Source: Podarcis gaigeae (taxonomy: Eukaryota). From it: a DNA stretch of 64,000 nt. Below the pieces are notes generated by a model that ran no database searches, was not told the origin of the DNA, and saw only the letters and a program-made list of their open reading frames with translations. The first letter of the stretch is position 1. Every line of letters starts with the position of its first letter. Of the stretch, positions 21,935-33,255 are shown piece by piece. The translations under genes and the position numbers were made by a program. The stretch lies in NCBI GenBank assembly GCA_964106915.2, contig OZ066921.1, one strand, 5' to 3'.

Positions 21935-23420
21935 CTTGGGAGGGGGAGAAACAGAAAATACAAGATTAACGTTCAACGGCCTGCCATGTCAGTCATCATC
22001 AGCACAGAGTGAGGGACTCTGCCTCCTTAGGAGACCTGGGTGCCTCCAGAAGAGATTCTCTCAAAGCAAATGGGTGCTGCTGGAGGCCAACAGCCACATT
22101 AAGGTTCACCCACAACAGGGAGGGAGGAGGGTGTGCAGTTGCTGCTGCAGCAGCAATTCCATGGGGAGTCCTGCTGTGGGGTGAATGTAAGATGGCTGGG
22201 AAAGGGCTCTTTGCTTGGGAGCCTGCAGAGTTGAGCTTTACCAATTTCCTCAGAAAAAGCTCTGCCATTGGTGGTTGAGAACTTAGCCTAAATATGTGGG
22301 CCACTGCCAAGCCTCTGAAGGAAGCCATTCCTCAGCTTTTGTTTTTAGAGATTCTCTCTCTTTCCTGCCTTGAAAGTTAAACACCACAGCAATACCCCAA
22401 CTTTATTGGCTATTGGGGACAGCTGCAGCAACATAACATGGAAATAAACCAGCTCTCGCCCTCTCTCTGTGGTGAATCTCAAGCAAAACCAGTGGTTGAC
22501 AATGGCTAGGATCCAAAGTGCTGTGCAAACTGAGCAGATATCTTTAGAGTCCTTCTCATAACCTCTGCTGCTCTACATTATGACACCACAGCATGAAGCA
22601 TGGCAGTTTGGAAACAAAAGCAGGTTGCTGGCGGCTACAGTAAATACAGCTACATACTTGATGTATGCAACACCTAAAAAACTACCAGAATCTCAGGGCT
22701 TCAAGGCAAAAAAGGGCCATCAACGTGTGTTCGAAACTGTTCCTGGGCTGTTCAGATGGCAAGCTGGGGTGAAGATTGCTGAACTAAATGGGGTTGGGGA
22801 CTAGCATGTCAGACAGATGGCTGGGATAGAATATTTCCCCCTGATAGCAGATTTCCTAAAGTCCTTCTTATACATTCCTTTCCACATAAAGAGGGCCCTG
22901 TCCTCCCTCACAACCTATCTGGCCCATTAGCTCCCATACCTTGCCACCACCTTGAATCTGTACATTTACTCAAATACAGAAAAAATGCAAGTTAAGCTTC
23001 CATGCACATATTTACAGAAGTTTGACTCAACACATTGATCTGGGGGATTACTCTGAGGCTTCAGGTGGAGAGGAAAGGATGAACAGGACTGAGGTCTAAC
23101 AAGCTTTTTAAAAAAGTGTCATGCTATTGATTCCCACCACAACGTGTGGTCTGAGATGGTGCTGAAACTCTTTGACCATACAATGAGCTGTTGGATCAGA
23201 GGGCCTCTCTCTTTGGGGTGCTTAATTTTTTCACAAGAGGTGTGAGGCAAAGGAAGCAGGAGTAACCCAGGCTCCCTCACCTGTGGAGGCTGAAACTTGG
23301 GCACACTCCATCTTTGAAACTTCTGAAGTAGCTCTCTGCTGAGTTATAAGAAACAAAGCAGTCCAGGGTGGCTTCTCACACTTGCCTGGTGGTACTAATA
23401 TAAAGCCATCTGCAGCTCAC

Positions 23421-23492
23421 CTGTTTGTATTTCCGGTAACAACGCTGAATGACAGCAGCGGCCACTTCCTGTTGCTCCCGGAGGGGGCGTCC
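23421..23492 (-). CDS. CAMTA1: CAMTA1 exon GRPLREQQEVAAAVIQRCYRKYKQ, copy 1
   Basis: 72 nt, ttgcag|...|gtgagc, IQ motif. Confidence 0.97.
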
Positions 23493-24085
23493 CTGCAAGG
23501 GAAGGGGACAAATGGTAGAGGTAACGGGACTGCAAGCAGGACCTGAGTGCCACAGCATATAAGTGCAACTGCGTCAAGGCTATAGATTGTTCTCTGAATA
23601 CCTCAGAGAAGCACCCTGCGAGAACTGGAACTCAAAGCATGGAAAGAAGTGTGGCAAAGAACATCAGGCTGCCCAATGCAGAAGCCTCTGGAGCACCACC
23701 TGACACAACCATGAAGTGTATTTTCCTGCTCCTGCCAGTGACAGCTCATGTTTTGTAGTGGGGAAACAAACACTACAGGAGAACATAGAGCAAACTGAAC
23801 CATGTATTTGCAGCATCAGCAGGGGAGGAGGGCACCTCCCTTGAACCTTCCTGGGCCATTTTTGTTGCTGCCCCCTTTAACACATGCAGGGGCAGATTGG
23901 ACAATCATGTACCAAACACCAGCCCTGGGCTTCCACTTCACTTGCTACTGTGCTCTAAAGTAACTTATTTCTGTCAGCTGGCATCGGAGTGCCACTGATT
24001 CCAAAGGGAGGTTTGGAGACTTCCATGCACCCCTGATGCCATTTCCCTGCACCCACCCCTACCAACAGCGACTTCTGCCCTTCAC

Positions 24086-24332
24086 CTTGTATTTCCTGAA
24101 AACCGTCTGGACCAGCTTGGCAGCCTCGTAGAGCTCTCTCTGCTCGTGATCGGAGAGGGTCAGCTGCGCAAACTCGTTTTCGACTTTCTCGCTGGTGGAG
24201 GCGCTTAGGAATTCTGTCCAGTCTGTTGCCGAAGGGAGGCTGGGCTTCTCAAAAGCCATTTCATTGACTGGTGAGCTTGCAGGGCTCAGGCTGGTGTTGG
24301 AAGAAGGGGTCAGGGGTCCAATGTACAGGCTT
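24086..24332 (-). CDS. CAMTA1: CAMTA1 exon SLYIGPLTPSSNTSLSP...LTLSDHEQRELYEAAKLVQTVFRKYK, copy 1
   Basis: 247 nt, tttttgcag|...|gtgaag, phase 2 to 0. Confidence 0.97.
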
Positions 24333-25036
24333 CTGCAAAAAGAGGCACAGGGGGAAGAGGGTCATAGCTGCACAGACACCAAGACATGCTGGCTGGCTGG
24401 AGAAAAAGAACAAATCCAGGATTTGGTTCAGATTAAGGGTGGGGAGGGACAAGTGAGTTGGTCACATTTGAGCCATACAGTGAAAGCACATGGTTTCCCC
24501 AAAGAATCATCGGACTGTAGTTTACCTCCTTACACAGCTATGATTCCCAGCACCGTTAAACTACACTTCACCCTCTCTGAGGCAGGGGCTAAGGCTTGGT
24601 GACCCAGAATGCACCAACCCTTGTTGAAACAGCATGAAAACATGCTGCATGCTTTAGCATTCCAGTGATATTTATCTCACAGTACTTGAGGGTTAAGGGT
24701 TGAAACTTTGTTGTAACTAGTTAACTTGCTCCACACCCAGCGAACCTGAATGGAACCTGTCTCAGGGATGTTCTGAATCTTTACTGGCTTGACTCAGAAA
24801 AACAAAGTGGATTAATTTTAGCTGCTGTAACCCAAAATTCAGAAATGAACTAAAGCATCTAACAGCTGGGCACTGGGTAGGAGATCCCCCCCCCCCATAT
24901 GGCAGCACCAGCAGCAACAAGGAGCCCCCCTTTTGCCTGGTGGGTTTTCAATTTCGCAAGGTGAGGGCCAGAAAAGTCAATATGGGCCAGCGGGCATCAC
25001 AAGCTTGATCAGTCCTGGTAATACAAGGCCACAGAC

Positions 25037-25224
25037 CTTATTTGAGCAGCACTTGGTAAATGGTCGACATCCGCGAGGTAACTGGCCAGCCAGCTCATTG
25101 AAGTGCTAATGGTGGCGCTCTCCGTCCTCTCGGCTGGTGGCGCCTCCATTGGCACAAAGTTTTCCCGCTTGATCCTCTCTGGGGTCGCTTCGATGATGTG
25201 CTCTGCCAGAGTCATCATGGTCAC
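25037..25224 (-). CDS. CAMTA1: CAMTA1 exon VTMMTLAEHIIEATPERIK...AAQIR, copy 1
   Basis: 188 nt, cttcacag|...|gtctgt. Conserved CAMTA motif TLAEHIIEATPERIK. Confidence 0.97.
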
Positions 25225-25599
25225 CTGTGAAGTGAGAAGGAAAGCTTTTCAGGGGCATGTGGGTGGAGGCAAGGCGAGAACAGCACTTCCCACCATCTCC
25301 CTTCCTGTTGGGTCCCAGAACCTGCTCCTGTCAGACCGAGGAGGAACGCTGTACATAAAATGCTTTTGCTTGGGTTTTGAAGGTAAAAAGTATTCTGCAA
25401 TTGGCAAAGGTCAAGGCCTTGTCCCATTAAACGACGTTGCAAGCCTGTTTAGCAGTAGCTGGTGATGACAAGAGAATCTTATTATGCTTGGTTCAGGTAA
25501 ATTCATTCTGATTGGTCTGTGTGGCTGACAGCAGACTCTGATTGGCTGGAGATTCTCATCAGTTGGGAGTTAAACGTCAGTTGGGCCCCATTTGCCCTC

Positions 25600-25898
25600 T
25601 ACATTTAAACCATTTTAAACTGTCATGGCTTCACTCAAAGCATCATGGGAACTGCAGCTTGCGAAGGCTGCAGAGAGTTGTCAGAAGACCTATTCCCCTC
25701 ACAGGGCTATAATTCCCAGAATGGTTTAAGAGTCAGTCCCTCTTCCCAGGAAAACTCTGGGAATTGAAGCTCTGTGAAAGAGGGGGAAAGGGGTGTTCTA
25801 ATAAGTCTCTGCACTTTTATCAAACTTAACTGTTCTTGGGATTCTTTGGGGGAAGAAGCCATGCCTGTTTAAAGTCACATTTTGGTGCTTTAAATGTA
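25600..25898. mobile_element. Long palindromic MITE-like lizard repeat
   Basis: Ends tacatttaaa / tttaaatgta, inner inverted arms catggcttc / gaagccatg and aattcccaga / tctgggaatt. Partial relatives at ~11680-11830 and ~24485-24570. Confidence 0.65.
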
Positions 25899-26425
25899 TC
25901 ATGCAGGTTGGGTCTTAAGAAAGAGTCCGTAGAATTTTGACAGTTGAGGGAAAAGGAGATCAATAAGAGGTGTGTGAAGAAAAGACAAGAGAAAGAAAGC
26001 TGAGGCATAAATACTATTGCCCAGTGTGTTATTAATACTCATTTGATGACAATGAAGGGAAGGAAGTTAGCTTGAGAGGCTGCCCTGTGTCAAGGTCTTC
26101 CTCTCACAAGCGGGTTTTTGAAGTTGACCAAACAGTCCAAACAGCCAGGAGTATAGTTTTCCCCCAGGAGCTGGAGTGGGTGGTGGGCAAATTTGTATGT
26201 GGTGGATGTTTAAGGAATTTGGGTTGAGGTGAAAGAGGCTGGGGTCAGCAACAGCAGCACTTTGTGAGTCTTCAGAAAGTGTCAGCAAGCACCTTTTAGA
26301 CCCCTTTGCAAATATCCATATTTCTCTCAGGCACACAGCATTCCCCTTAAGAAGCCAGACATCTTAGTCAGGAGTTCATCCTGTCTCTAGTGTAAATGTC
26401 CACCTCACCCCTAAGCTGGCTATAT

Positions 26426-26464
26426 CAGCTGTTGAAAGCTGTTGAACAGCTGTTGAAAGCTGTT
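26426..26464. repeat. Short tandem repeat of (c)agctgttgaa, ~4 units
   Basis: cagctgttgaaagctgttgaacagctgttgaaagctgtt seen directly. Confidence 0.85.
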
Positions 26465-26769
26465 CTGAGTGTGTTGGTAGAAGTGGGAAATAAAAGCAGC
26501 ACAGCTACCTAAAGCTTTGTTTATTATACCACCAAGGCTGAGGGAATTGGGTTCCGTGATAGTCAGCCGTAAAAGCAGAGCCTCCCAGTCCCTCAGAATA
26601 GCAAGGAGGGCTGACATAGAATATTTTAAATGGTCAGGGAATATCGCCTGACCCACCTTGGCCTTTTTTGCTCTACTGAGGGCCACATGCAGTGGACAGA
26701 CCCCTTGCCCTCTTTTACACTCACATACATGCTAATAGACACCAATTCTTTCCTCCTATCCTTATTTAT

Positions 26770-27090
26770 TTCAGGTGTTTCTATTCCAGGCCAGGTTCAA
26801 GGTTCTTCTGCTGATATACAACACCTTGAGCAGCTTGGGCCCAGGGTACCTTGAGGACTGTTTGAACCTTCATATATCCCAGCCTGATCACTGAGATTAT
26901 CCAGGTGAGCACTGCTAGTTGCTCCCCCATGTTACAGAAGCCCAATGGGCCTCAACCAAAAATTGGGAGTTTAAGTGCCCCAGGTTCCATGCTGTGGAAT
27001 ACTCTTCCAGTAGAGATTTGGCAACGACATTCTCACTTCCACCTTTTTCATGACTTTTTAAAAAAATGTTTAAACTACCTCTTGCATAGC
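26770..27090 (+). mobile_element. L2-clade LINE 3' fragment
   Basis: ccaggttcaaggttct...ttgggcccagggtaccttgagga...ctgtggaatactcttcc, similar to the L2 copy at 2750-3410. Confidence 0.65.
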
Positions 27091-27174
27091 TAGTCATTTT
27101 AATGATTGTTTTGTTTGCAGTGCTTTTGATATTGGATGGTTCACTCCCCTGGTGTGTGTTTTATGAAGGCTCAC

Positions 27175-27689
27175 CTGCAGGTCATCCATGTGATGCAAGC
27201 AGTCCTCACTTTCTGTGCCGTCTCGGAAGGAGAGGAGCTCTGCGTCAGCCACCTCCCGCTCCGCCATCATCAGCACGCTCATCTGCTCCCGCGGATGGAG
27301 CCGCTGGGCCCCTGAGTCCTTCCCCAGCGCCAGCCCCTTGGGGCTGCCTGCCACCTGCATCGCAGGCACGCCAATATACGCCTCCTTTGGGCTCCACTTG
27401 GCCCCTGCCTGTGTGCCGGAGCCGTGGTAGCCAGCCACTTCGGAGACAAGCTCCCGCGCATAGTCCCGCACCCCATGCCTGGGGCTGATTGTCTCTGGGA
27501 GGGATTGCTTAGCACTGGAGCTTGGCTTCCGGGCACTCGGCTGCTCCAGGCTCAGGGCGGTGGAAAGAAGCTTCTCCTGCCGAGCAGAGAAGTAGTCGGG
27601 GTTCAGTTTGTGTTTTTTGGGCGCGGGGTACTCCTTCTGGCTCTCGCTGCTGTAGTAACTGGAGGGCTCGGACCGGGGCCGCCTCAGCT
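27175..27689 (-). CDS. CAMTA1: CAMTA1 exon (E)LRRPRSEPSSYYSS...PAPKKHKLNP...MDDLQ, copy 1
   Basis: 515 nt, ttggttccag|...|gtgagc, phase 1 to 0, inside ORF 27094-27960. Contains the NLS-like PKKHKL. Confidence 0.97.
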
Positions 27690-28593
27690 CTGGAACCAAA
27701 CAGAAGACAAGTGAGGATTCAGCCATGCAAGTGTGCATGTGCATGCACTGCTCCCATGAAATGTGCCCTGCGTTCACTCTGCCAAAGGAACAATGAGGCT
27801 CTGGAGCCCTGGCAAGCAAGTGTCCAAGCTGGGGAACAGCAGAGCACCTCTGCACCAGCTCTGTATGGAGACGCACACAGGCCCTCTCCTTATGACAGAG
27901 GGGGCAGGCACCGTAGTTTCCCCACATATGTGAATAGCATCCCGGTGTTAAAGGACACATTTGGTGGACACTGTTGAGAGGGAGCAGAGCTGGTCTCTAA
28001 ACTGGCCTCATCCTGAGTCTGTTTCTAGATCATAACAGGACGGCAAGGGTCTAGTTGTGATAAACCAAGAGGACTCAATCACCTGCACTGGATGAACAGA
28101 ACTTGTTAAGCTGGGGTACATAGAGGGGCTTGTGCCTGTGTTCTGCTGTTGCACTGCCCCTTCCCTCCTCAGTACCAGATGTCAGGTGTAAAGTAACCAT
28201 AGCTTCCCATTCCATATAAACCAGGAAACCATGGTTGCCAGGGCTGGCCCAAACCAGGTTCTGAAACCACAGTAGAAGTTTGTCTCAAAATCTGGTGTGC
28301 CCCCACCCTAGTAACCAGCATTTCCCGGTTTGGACAATAAGGAAATAATGGTTAACCCCTGAAGTCTTCATGGTGTGCAGCAAGAGCAGAAGAAAGAAGT
28401 AGATGGAGCCAGCAGGTAGAAGCTTTGTGCATAGCTCAGCTTATTGAGCCAGGATACTGACGTCCAAAGTTAGCCACTGTGTGATCGTCCTAAGTTTCTG
28501 GGAAACAAATGAAGGAGGAGGAGAATGGGCCAAACCTTTTCTCCAAGGAATGTGATGGAGGCCTTTCAAACAAAAACAACAACAACATCCTAC

Positions 28594-28909
28594 CTGTATT
28601 GGAATTGGAAATCACGGTGACTCCCTTCTGGGGCTCCTGAGAGGCCACCATCTCACTGTGCCACTGGGCGATCCAGTTCTCACTGCTGGGTTCCTCATGC
28701 GAAGGACAGGGGATCCGGGGGGTTTGCCTGAGTTGGGCTTGCTCCTCCCGCTGCAGGTGCTCGAGGCACTCGGCCAGCTTCACGTGGCCCCGAGAACGAG
28801 CAATAGCCAAGGGGAGCCTCCCGAGGGAGTCGGGGATGGAGATAGCGCGGCGGTCCCACTTGTAAAGGACAACAGCTGCATCCATGTGGCCCAGCGCGCA
28901 TGCCCACAT
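28594..28909 (-). CDS. CAMTA1: CAMTA1 ankyrin exon MWACALGH...DSLGRLPLAIARSRGHVKLAECL...SNSNT, copy 1
   Basis: 316 nt, ttcttccag|...|gtagga, ankyrin repeat consensus. Confidence 0.97.
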
Positions 28910-29253
28910 CTGGAAGAAAAAAGAAGTTGGGTGGGCAAGGAAGAAAAGGAGAGGGGACTGTGGCAGAGTACAGGACCCACTCAAAGAACCATCTGTTTGT
29001 AGGCTTGTCAAGTCTTGGTGTGTGCACTCCAGGATATGACAGTTCCATTGTTTCACATTCAAGTCTCTTGGAGTTGGACACAGCTGGCAAGCCTACTCCA
29101 TCACATATGCTCAGGGAAAGGGAGTGGCATGTTAAGGATGCAAAACGTGTGCAATGATCCCAGTGGGAAACTCATGCCACCCTCTCCCTGGTTACCACAA
29201 GCTGCAAAGAAAAGTGACTTTGAGCACCTCGTGGGCAGGCCGTGGCTACTTAC

Positions 29254-29332
29254 CAGCGGTGTGCAGGAGAAATGATCCACGTTCAAGGGGTCCACTTCCA
29301 GCTCTAGGTCGATGCTGTCAGCATGCTTGGTA
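29254..29332 (-). CDS. CAMTA1: CAMTA1 exon TKHADSIDLELEVDPLNVDHFSCTPL, copy 1
   Basis: 79 nt, cccccag|...|gtaagt, phase 2 to 0. Confidence 0.97.
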
Positions 29333-30208
29333 CTGGGGGCCCAAGAAGGAGAGTAGTCATTTGGGGCTGCTTACTCAGGTGAGGGGGGAATCTTTGCCCC
29401 CCCCCAATGTGGGTGGCAGCTCGACTGTGGTGCTTTTTTTTTTATTAAGTTACTTGCAAAAAAAATTGTACTTTTGAGTTACATATTGAAGAGGGGGAAA
29501 TAATAAACTAAACATCCTCCCTAGCACCCCCCTTTTACCCCACCTAAAGACATAGTTTAGATCTAAATAATAACAGTAAAGTTTGTATAAGCACTGGAGT
29601 GGAGAGAGTCCGAAGGTTGCTGATGTCAATATAAAGAAAAATCTTTTTTTTACAGAAAGTGCCATTTCCCAAATTACACTGTACCATTTTAATACATTTA
29701 AACACTTTGCTTCTTTCCAGTTTCTGGCTAGCAATGTTCTTGCTGCCATTTACTAAGTCTTAGTTCGTCTCTGCTGAATACACCTAAAAATGTTATTTCC
29801 AGTGGTTTCTTTCTTCTTCTTTTTTACAGGTTTTCCCAGTATTTTTGTTACTTCTACAAATATTTCATCCCAGAACTAGGCAACTTTGGCACTTTACCAC
29901 CACATGTGTATGAAGGAACCATGAACTGGACTTCCCCTGCAGCACGCAGCTGAGTAGGATTTTAGTGCTTTTTTTAAAAAAGGCATTAAATGCCATTTTT
30001 GTATTATTTTCAAATAATTTTATTTTAGTCTTGAATTTGTTTTGCAAAAGGGGTAGTCAACTAGTCACTTGGGGGCTTCAACAGCCCTTAAGGGGTTCCT
30101 ACCAAGTCCCCAGGACAGCTCTGAACCCCAGGAGCTGCCTCCTCCTATGTAAGTGGCATATCAAGTGCCCACCCCCAGAACCTGCCCCTGCACCCCCCGG
30201 GTTCTTAC

Positions 30209-30405
30209 CGCCATTTAAGGAGAGTCTGGATGAGGGTCGCATAGCCCTGGGCTGCTGCCAGGTGCAGGAGGGTCATCCCCCGGAAGGTCTTGGAGTGGAT
30301 GAGGTGCTTGGATTTGGCCCAGCAGGCCCTGCTCATCATCTTCTCACACACAACCACCACACGGCTCTCAAAGCAGTTCCCCAAGGTGGCTGCCCCTGAG
30401 ATGCA
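30209..30405 (-). CDS. CAMTA1: CAMTA1 exon CISGAATLGNCFESRVVVVCEKMM...GMTLLHLAAAQGYATLIQTLLKWR (first ankyrin), copy 1
   Basis: 197 nt, ttgcag|...|gtaaga, ankyrin motif GxTxLHxAA. Confidence 0.97.
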
Positions 30406-30943
30406 CTGCAAGGGAGAGATGCACTGGGCTCAGGGGCTAGCTCTCAGGAGAGCAAACCAAGCAGTGTGGGCAGAGAGGGAGCAGAGTCTAAGGCTTCTTA
30501 ATGGATTTTGCTATGAACAAATGATAGCTTGAAGGGGGGGAAGAGTCTGTCCTCAAACAGCTGGGGCTTGTTGCTCTGTGCTATGAATGGGTTATGTCCC
30601 TCAAACATGGGAAAACACAAGGAAGTGCAAGTCTGAGCTTGTGAGAAAGGACCAGGCTGCCAGCTAGGACACTCCCTGTGCTTGTCTTCAGGACCATTTC
30701 AGCCTTCCCCAAGAATACAGCTGGGAAGGGCCCAGGGAGCTAATGCGGAAGATACTCTGGTTGTTGTTGTTGTTTTTAAACTGCCTATGCATTATTTTCC
30801 CTCTTCAGAATGAGCAACCAATTACACTAACTACAATATTAGTGGCTCTCATTTCTAAGCCTTTTAGCTTCTTTAATTTCCACATAGTAGCACATATCTC
30901 TCCTTACTCGTTGTCTTCAAGGGGCAATTGATAAACTGAAAAA

Positions 30944-31090
30944 GGTCCATAGCTCAGTGCTGAAGCAGCTGCTTTGCATGCAGAAGGTCCCTGGTTCAAT
31001 CCTCAATGGCATCTCCAGGAAAAAACCCTCCCTGAAACTGTGGAGAGCCACCAACAGTCAAAACCGAGCTAAATGAAGCAATGGTCTGCT
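30944..31090 (+). mobile_element. tRNA-derived squamate SINE (partial)
   Basis: catagctcagtg...ctttgcatgcagaaggtccctggttcaatcc head (A and B boxes). Confidence 0.7.
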
Positions 31091-31147
31091 TTTTGCACCC
31101 AAAATGGACTGTGAATTTTCATGATCAACACTGAACATAGAAGATAA

Positions 31148-31333
31148 ATAGGAAGCTGCCTTTCGTTGAGTCTGACCATTGGTTCATCTAGCTCAGTACT
31201 GTCGACACTGACTGGCAGCAACTCTCCAGGGTTTCAAGCAGGAGACATTTCCAGCCCCACCTTGGAGATATCATAGGAGATTGAGCCTAGAACCTTCAGC
31301 ATGCAAAGGATGGGCTCTACCACTGACCTACGG
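31148..31333 (-). mobile_element. tRNA-derived squamate SINE, inverted relative to its neighbour
   Basis: Reverse complement reads ccgtaggtcagtggtagagc...ctttgcatgctgaaggttctaggctcaatc...gctagatgaaccaatggtcagactc. Confidence 0.75.
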
Positions 31334-31563
31334 TGGGTGGTCCAGCATCATGGAGCACAAAGCCTCTACCTTAAATGTTCCCCTCCTCCCAGTCGGTACT
31401 GGTGGTTTTTTGTTTTGCACCATCAGCAGCCACTTCAAAGTCAAGAGGGAGGAGGAAACCTCTCTAGAGTGGCACAAAAGTCTGAAGAGACTGCAAAAGT
31501 CTCTTGAATGTAAAATACTCCTGTGGGGCACCCAGGAACACAGCCAGGGGGCTCAGCATGTAC

Positions 31564-31712
31564 CTGTGCTTGGCTACCTCCATTGCCGCTGCCGTTGCCC
31601 CCACCACCACCTACGCCTTGCTTGTGCTGCTGCTGCTGGGACCCAGTCATTTCGGCCATCCTCCGCTCCATCTGCTCAAGTCGCTCCAGGATAGACATCC
31701 TGAACTGGTTCT
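31564..31712 (-). CDS. CAMTA1: CAMTA1 exon (E)NQFRMSILERLEQMERRMAEMTGSQQQQHKQGVGGGGGNGSGNGGSQAQ, copy 1
   Basis: 149 nt, gccgcag|...|gtacat, phase 1 to 0. Conserved CAMTA segment after the TIG domain. Confidence 0.97.
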
Positions 31713-32101
31713 CTGCGGCAACACAGGAGAGAAACAAGGAGAAAGAGAGTGAATCAGAGGGCTACTCCCATTCACGACATGGGGAGCAAAAGCAAAAGGC
31801 AAATCATTGACAAAAGGGTCCCAAGTCTTGAGAAGTCTGTAACCACAAGGATGTATGTGGAGGAATCTGGGGGAATCAATGTGCTAGCAATTCTTCTTCT
31901 GCTCTTCTGCATCACACTGTCCTGCTTCTGAGTGCTTTCTTGGGTTTTCTCAACCACCCAAAACAGAATCAGCTTCTGTATTTAAACATTCTCAAAAAGA
32001 AAGCAATGCATGCCCAGGGTCTTTGGCACCTTCCAATGGATAGACCCAACAACAGCTAGCAGGCATGTAGGCTAAATGAGCCCTCCAAGTCACAGGCGTT
32101 T

Positions 32102-32301
32102 NNNNNNNNNNNNNNNNNNNNNNNNNNNNNNNNNNNNNNNNNNNNNNNNNNNNNNNNNNNNNNNNNNNNNNNNNNNNNNNNNNNNNNNNNNNNNNNNNNN
32201 NNNNNNNNNNNNNNNNNNNNNNNNNNNNNNNNNNNNNNNNNNNNNNNNNNNNNNNNNNNNNNNNNNNNNNNNNNNNNNNNNNNNNNNNNNNNNNNNNNNN
32301 N
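32102..32301. other. Assembly gap, exactly 200 N
   Basis: Seen directly. A round length suggests an unsized scaffolding gap. Confidence 0.99.
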
Positions 32302-32594
32302 CTCATTTTTCTCCCATATTTCACTAATAGTTTAAGAAAAGAAATAAATTAACTGTATCCAGTTGTCACAAAAGGCAAGTGTCATTTGAAGCAGCATCTA
32401 GGAAAAAGCTGGGGGGGGGGGGAAGAATAGCTTGAGCTCTGAAAAGACAGAAGATCTATCTGTAGACTGGTAGTTCCCATGTCTAGAATATATGCCAGTC
32501 ACCTGTTCTGGATGCTGCTATGCTTCTTCTGAAATAACAGGTTTGCAGTTTGGGAGTGCTTATGGATCCACCTTTGTCCCTAGAAGCTCAGGAG

Positions 32595-33255
32595 GCCTCA
32601 GGAGCTAGGAATGTCTTTTACCAGCCTTGTTGGTGTGTCAAGTACAGACGTTCTTGGACAGGGACAGTCTGGCCATGGTGATTTATGCATTGGAAGCCTC
32701 AATACTTGATTACTGCAATGCATCTACGTGGAGCTACCCTCAGGCCTTGTCCAGAGGCTTCAGCTGGTTCCAAACACTGTGGCTAGACTTGTTGGGGGTC
32801 TGACTGTCGCCAGCACAAACCTCTGGTGCTCAAGTTTGTACTGGCTGCCCATTCGCAACCAGGCCAGTTTCAAGATTCTTGTATTAATTTTCAATGTGTT
32901 TTAAGAATTTGGCTGCAAGACACCTGAAGGATGGCCTAATCCCTTATATCCCTGTTCAATCACTGAGGTCTTCGGGGGGCATCACTGTTAGCAGTCCCAT
33001 GTGGCTCAGATGCATGTAGCCGCACATTTAGCGTGGGCCCAATTTTATGAAACTCCTAATTGCAGTCAGACAGGTCCCCTGCCTACTGAACTTCTGGCAT
33101 CTACTAAAAATATTTTTTTAATCCCAGCTGGTCTTTTAATTGAAGTTTGATTTTATAGTTTTAACTGGTTTATACTTTTTGTATTGCTTATTTGTAAATT
33201 GCTTAGACTATTGTAGTTAAGTAGTATATAAATGAATTATTTAAATAAAAAACAT
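32595..33255 (+). mobile_element. L2 LINE fragment, duplicate of 2750-3410
   Basis: No differences from copy 1 seen by eye. Confidence 0.75.

Larger units (their letters stand above)
2457..32101 (+). repeat. Copy 1 of a ~29.65 kb near-identical direct duplication
   Basis: Sequence from ctcatttttctccc (2457) to cacaggcgttt (32101) recurs at 32302-61955. The ORF track repeats with an offset of 29845-29855. Confidence 0.98.

Noticed and set aside
27102-27977. Plus-strand ORFs overlapping the large CAMTA1 exon
   Set aside because: Antisense shadows of a GC-rich coding exon.
31992-32327. ORFs of 110 and 83 aa spanning the gap
   Set aside because: Open only because N codons contain no stops.
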